Part shown: positions 24,455-28,489 of the stretch, one piece after another
Layout: the number at the start of each line of letters is the position of its first letter
Position numbering within the stretch: the stretch's first letter is position 1
Origin: Bacilli bacterium
GTDB lineage: Bacteria; Bacillota_I; Bacilli_A; ML615J-28; CAG-698
Assembly: GCA_016282055.1 (NCBI GenBank)
Contig: JAEEJT010000204.1
Coordinates: forward strand, 1 to 28,489
Direction of reading: 5' to 3'
Length of the DNA stretch: 28,489 nt
Notes under the pieces: generated by a model
Told to the model about the DNA's origin: nothing
The model's input: the letters and a program-made list of their open reading frames with translations, nothing else
Database searches by the model: none
Position numbers and translations under genes: made by a program

Positions 24455-26089
24455 ATGAACGAAAGTACAAATTTCTTAAAAGATAGAATTAAAAGTGATG
24501 TTGAAAGTGGACTTTGTAAAAAGGTTATTACAAGATTTCCACCAGAGCCTAATGCATACTTACATATAGGTCATGCTAGAGCATTAGTAACTGATTTTGA
24601 AATGGCTAATATGTTTGGTGGATATACTAACCTTAGATTTGATGATACAAATCCAGCAAAAGAAGATAGTGAGTTTGTTGACGCTATTATTAAAGATATT
24701 GAATGGTTAGGATTTCATCCAGCTAATATTTTTTATGGTAGTGATTATTTTGATAAGCAATATGAACTTGCTATTAAACTTATTAAAAAAGGTCTAGCTT
24801 ACGTTGATGATCTAACACCAGAACAAATGGTAGAGTATCGTGGTGATTTTAATAATCCTGGTAAAGAAAGTCCTTGGAGAAATAGAAGTGTCGAAGAAAA
24901 CCTAGAGTTATTCGAAAACATGAAAAATGGTATGTACAAAGAAGGAGAAAAGACATTAAGAGCTAAAATTGATATGTCTAGTCCTAATATTAACATGCGT
25001 GATCCAGTATTCTATAGAATACTTAATATAAAACACCATAGACAAGGTAATAAATGGTGTATTTATCCTATGTATGATTTTGCTCATCCAATTCAAGATT
25101 CTATTGAAGGTATTACTCATTCTTTATGTAGTTTAGAGTATGATAATCATAGACCTTTGTATGATTGGGTTATTGAAAAATGTGAAATGGTAAATGTACC
25201 AAAACAAATTGAATTTGGTAGATTAAATATTACTAATACTATTATGAGTAAAAGATATTTAAGACAACTTGTTGAAAGTGGAAAAGTTACTGGATATGAT
25301 GATCCTAGAATGCCTACTTTAGTTGGTCTTAGAAGAAGGGGATATACAGCTAACGCTATTAAAAAGTTTATTAATGATGCTGGTTTATCAAGAACTAATA
25401 TTACTGTTGATAGTAGTAATCTTGATTCTTGTTTAAGAGAAGATTTAAAACTTTCAACAAATAGAATTATGGCTGTTAAAAATCCTTTAAAGGTAACTAT
25501 TACAAATTATCCTAGTGAAGAAGTTGAATATGTTGATTGCTTAAATAATCAAGAAAATCCTGAACTTGGTTCAAGAAAGATTGCTTTTGGTAAACATATT
25601 TATATTGAACAAGATGATTTTGTATTAGAAAAACCAAATAAGCATTATAAACGTTTAGCTTTAGGACTTGAAGTTAGATTAATGCATGCTTATTTTATTA
25701 AAGCTAATGAAGTTAAATTTGATGATAATGGTAATATTGTAGAAGTATTATGTACATATGATGTGAAAACTAAGAGTGGTACTGGATTTGATGAAAGAAA
25801 ACCAAATGGTACAATTCATTTCGTTGAAGCAACTACAGCAAGAAAAGCTAAGTTTAATATGTTTGAACCACTTATCACAAATGATGATGATTCTTTAGAT
25901 ATTACTGAAAGAGTAAATCCTAATAGTTGGAATGTATTAGAAGGATTCGTTGAAAACTACGATAATAACTTTAATGTTGAGGATAAGTTCCAATTTGTTC
26001 GTGATGGTTATTATTGTTGTGATAAAGAATCTAATAATGATATGTTAGTATTTAACTGTATTGTCCCATTAAAATCATCTATTAAATAG
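24455..26089 (+). CDS. glnS: Glutamine--tRNA ligase
   Basis: TRFPPEPNAYLHIGH, LRFDDTNP, YPMYDFAH, THSLCSLEY, IEFGRLN, MSKR and FQFVRDGYY. Confidence 0.96.
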   Translation: MNESTNFLKDRIKSDVESGLCKKVITRFPPEPNAYLHIGHARALVTDFEMANMFGGYTNLRFDDTNPAKEDSEFVDAIIKDIEWLGFHPANIFYGSDYFDKQYELAIKLIKKGLAYVDDLTPEQMVEYRGDFNNPGKESPWRNRSVEENLELFENMKNGMYKEGEKTLRAKIDMSSPNINMRDPVFYRILNIKHHRQGNKWCIYPMYDFAHPIQDSIEGITHSLCSLEYDNHRPLYDWVIEKCEMVNVPKQIEFGRLNITNTIMSKRYLRQLVESGKVTGYDDPRMPTLVGLRRRGYTANAIKKFINDAGLSRTNITVDSSNLDSCLREDLKLSTNRIMAVKNPLKVTITNYPSEEVEYVDCLNNQENPELGSRKIAFGKHIYIEQDDFVLEKPNKHYKRLALGLEVRLMHAYFIKANEVKFDDNGNIVEVLCTYDVKTKSGTGFDERKPNGTIHFVEATTARKAKFNMFEPLITNDDDSLDITERVNPNSWNVLEGFVENYDNNFNVEDKFQFVRDGYYCCDKESNNDMLVFNCIVPLKSSIK

Positions 26090-26098
26090 GAGTTAAAT

Positions 26099-28213
26099 AT
26101 GATTGAAGGATTAAATGATGAACAATCACTAGCTGCAGAATGTATTGATGGACCTGTCATTGTTTTTGCTGGAGCTGGAAGTGGTAAAACACGTACACTT
26201 ACATATAGAATTATTAATATGATTGTTAATCATCATATTAATCCTTATAATATTCTTGCTATTACTTTTACAAATAAAGCAACGAATGTAATGAAAGAAA
26301 GAATTAAAGCTTATATTGATGTTGATTCAAGAAATTTAACAATTACTACTTTTCATTCACTATGTGCTAGTATATTAAGACAACATATAGATAAAATAGG
26401 ATATAAAACTAATTTTACAATTATTGATGAAGATGATCAAATAACTGTAATTAATGAAGTATTAGAAGAATTAGGATATCAAAAGAAACAAAATAAGAAA
26501 TACCAAGCTATTATTAAACATAATAAATGTTTTATGACTAGTCCTGGTTTTGATATTGATAAAAAAGTTTTTGATTGTTACAATAGTAAACTAAAAGAAT
26601 TTAATTTAATTGATTTTGAAGACTTATTAATTAAATTGTATGAATTATTTACTTTATCTAAAGAAACATTAGAGTTATATCAAGAAAAGTTTAAATATAT
26701 TTTATGCGATGAATTTCAAGATACAAATTTGATTCAATATAAGATATTAAAATTACTTTCTGGAAAATATAAAAATATATTTGTTGTTGGTGATGATGAC
26801 CAAAGTATATATGGTTTTCGTGGTGCAAACTATGAAAATATAAGAATGTTTAAAGAAGATTTTGAAAACTATTCTTCTTATACATTACGTCAAAACTATA
26901 GATCTAGACAATCTATATTAGATTGTACTAATAGACTTATATCATATAATCAAGATAGAGAAAGCAAAAATCTATTTAGTGATATTTTAGGTGAAAGCGA
27001 TGATGTTGTTAGTTATAAGGCAATTGATCAAATTGATGAAGCAATGTTTATTGCTAGTGAGATATCTAAACTTCATGTTGGATTAACTTCATATAAAGAT
27101 TTTGCTATATTATATCGTAATAGTGTATTACTACGTAATATTGAAAGGGAACTTATTAATAAGCATATTCCATATAAAGTTTATGGTGGAGTATCTTATA
27201 TGAAAAGAAAAGAAGTTAAAGATATTTTAGCTTATTTTAAATTAATGTTAAATTATGATGACACATTTTCTTTTAAACGTATTGTTAATACTCCTAACCG
27301 TGGTATTGGTCTTGCTACAATTGAAAAAATTGAAAATATTCGATTAGATAATAATATTAATTACTTAGAAGCAATTGAAAAAAGTAAAGATATTATTCCT
27401 AATAGTAAATATGATAAACTTATTAGTTTTAAAGATACTATTTGGAGATTTTCAAATGATATAAGAGAATATAATCTTTGTGATTGTTTTGATAGTTTAA
27501 TTGATGAAATAGAATATATTAAATATCTTAAAGAAGAATTTAGTGAAGAAGAAGCAAAAGATAGAATTGATAATGTAAAAGAGTTTAGATCTGTATTGCT
27601 TCATATTGAGGAAGAATCAGTTGATAAAGATAAGATTAAATTATTAGAACGTGTTATTGATGATGCTATGCTTAATGATAGTTATAAACGTAACCAAAGT
27701 GATAATTCAGATGGAGTTACTGTTTCAACAATTCATTCTATAAAAGGTCTTGAGTTTGATACTGTATTTGTATGTGGTCTTGAAGAAGGATTATTTCCTA
27801 AAGAAGAAGATACAATGTATTCTAAATCACTTGAAGAAGAAAGAAGAATAGCTTATGTTGCTATGACACGAGCTAAGAATAAACTATATTTAACATATGC
27901 TAAAAGAAGATTATTATATGGCTTTAATTTTGTTAATAAAGAGTCTAGATTCTTTAATGAAGCTTTGGGTGTTGACAATAAGTATATTGATACAAGTGAA
28001 AAAATAAAAACAATAAATAATAAATATGATGGATTTGATAAAAAACAAATAGAAAATAAACCATTATATAAAACAGGAGATATTATTATTCATACTAAGT
28101 TTGGACAAGGAATGATATTATCTATTGATAATGGAATTGGTACTATTTTCTTTGATAGTTTAAAAACAACAAAATCTCTACTTTTATCTCATCCTTCAAT
28201 ATCTAAGAAATAG
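26099..28213 (+). CDS. pcrA: ATP-dependent DNA helicase PcrA/UvrD
   Basis: AGAGSGKT, AITFTNKA, DEFQDTN, VGDDDQSIYGFRGA, QNYRS, TIHSIKGLEF and EERRIAYVAMTRAK, plus the C-terminal Tudor-like HTKFGQG. Confidence 0.96.
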   Translation: MIEGLNDEQSLAAECIDGPVIVFAGAGSGKTRTLTYRIINMIVNHHINPYNILAITFTNKATNVMKERIKAYIDVDSRNLTITTFHSLCASILRQHIDKIGYKTNFTIIDEDDQITVINEVLEELGYQKKQNKKYQAIIKHNKCFMTSPGFDIDKKVFDCYNSKLKEFNLIDFEDLLIKLYELFTLSKETLELYQEKFKYILCDEFQDTNLIQYKILKLLSGKYKNIFVVGDDDQSIYGFRGANYENIRMFKEDFENYSSYTLRQNYRSRQSILDCTNRLISYNQDRESKNLFSDILGESDDVVSYKAIDQIDEAMFIASEISKLHVGLTSYKDFAILYRNSVLLRNIERELINKHIPYKVYGGVSYMKRKEVKDILAYFKLMLNYDDTFSFKRIVNTPNRGIGLATIEKIENIRLDNNINYLEAIEKSKDIIPNSKYDKLISFKDTIWRFSNDIREYNLCDCFDSLIDEIEYIKYLKEEFSEEEAKDRIDNVKEFRSVLLHIEEESVDKDKIKLLERVIDDAMLNDSYKRNQSDNSDGVTVSTIHSIKGLEFDTVFVCGLEEGLFPKEEDTMYSKSLEEERRIAYVAMTRAKNKLYLTYAKRRLLYGFNFVNKESRFFNEALGVDNKYIDTSEKIKTINNKYDGFDKKQIENKPLYKTGDIIIHTKFGQGMILSIDNGIGTIFFDSLKTTKSLLLSHPSISKK

Positions 28214-28222
28214 GGTGTTAAT

Positions 28223-28489
28223 ATGGATCCTAAAAATAGAATTATACAATTAGTTAATGAATTAAATAGATATAACGAAGAATATTACATATATGATTCT
28301 CCAACTGTTTCTGATTTTGAATATGATAGTTTAATGAGAGAACTTGAAGAATTAGAAAAGAAATATCCTGAGTTTGTATTAGAAAATTCACCAACGAAAA
28401 AGGTTGGTGATTTCTTAGAAACAGAATTACAAAAGATAACATTTAAAAATCCTATGTTATCTTTAGGTGATGTTTTTAGTTACGATGAA
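28223..28489 (+). CDS. ligA: NAD-dependent DNA ligase, N-terminal fragment (runs off the window; missing from the ORF track)
   Basis: Manual translation: MDPKNRIIQLVNELNRYNEEYYIYDSPTVSDFEYDSLMRELEELEKKYPEFVLENSPTKKVG...PMLSLGDVFSYDE. pcrA-ligA is conserved synteny. Confidence 0.95.
   Translation, partial: MDPKNRIIQLVNELNRYNEEYYIYDSPTVSDFEYDSLMRELEELEKKYPEFVLENSPTKKVGDFLETELQKITFKNPMLSLGDVFSYDE

Noticed and set aside
24249-24470. 73-aa minus-strand ORF
   Set aside because: Antisense to the B3/4 gene and the glnS start; no support.
24799-24996. 65-aa minus-strand ORF
   Set aside because: Antisense shadow of glnS.
28254-28442. 62-aa ORF in the track
   Set aside because: Wrong frame; the real gene is ligA starting at 28223 and running off the window.
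26099-28489. pcrA-ligA adjacency as novel
   Set aside because: Conserved housekeeping synteny.
1-28489. Mobile elements, prophage genes, tRNA or rRNA
   Set aside because: No transposase, integrase, terminal inverted repeats with target duplications, or structured RNA genes were recognised.

Overview
A very AT-rich bacterial chromosomal segment, most like a small-genome Bacilli/Mollicutes lineage such as Acholeplasmatales or Anaeroplasma (inference). It uses genetic code 11: Trp is TGG, and TGA is a stop in several ATGA overlaps. Gene order: 5'-truncated copper P1B-ATPase; a 589-aa glucokinase-regulatory-protein (GKRP)/MurQ-like SIS protein; ribokinase; a frameshift-split hflX; a convergent NUDIX fusion protein; a putative operon of a DUF4011/SF1-helicase-like giant protein, an ankyrin protein, the diadenylate cyclase CdaA and an EVE/PUA-like gene with one internal TGA (missed by the ORF track); a membrane PAS/degenerate-GGDEF protein with ispD, ispF, a NifU-like protein, a membrane protein and a CPYC lipoprotein; tsaE-tsaB-rimI-tsaD; an LRR/Ig lipoprotein; then a membrane protein, a coiled-coil repeat protein, a B3/4 protein, glnS, pcrA and 3'-truncated ligA. 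I found no rRNA, tRNA, CRISPR array or transposase. The best candidates for new biology are (i) the 6502-12506 helicase-like/ankyrin/CdaA/EVE unit, (ii) the GKRP-like protein next to a sugar kinase, and (iii) a 26-bp perfect palindrome that gives two convergent genes the same C-terminus (TGRD*). All family assignments come from motif recognition and recalled consensus sequences; no database search was run.
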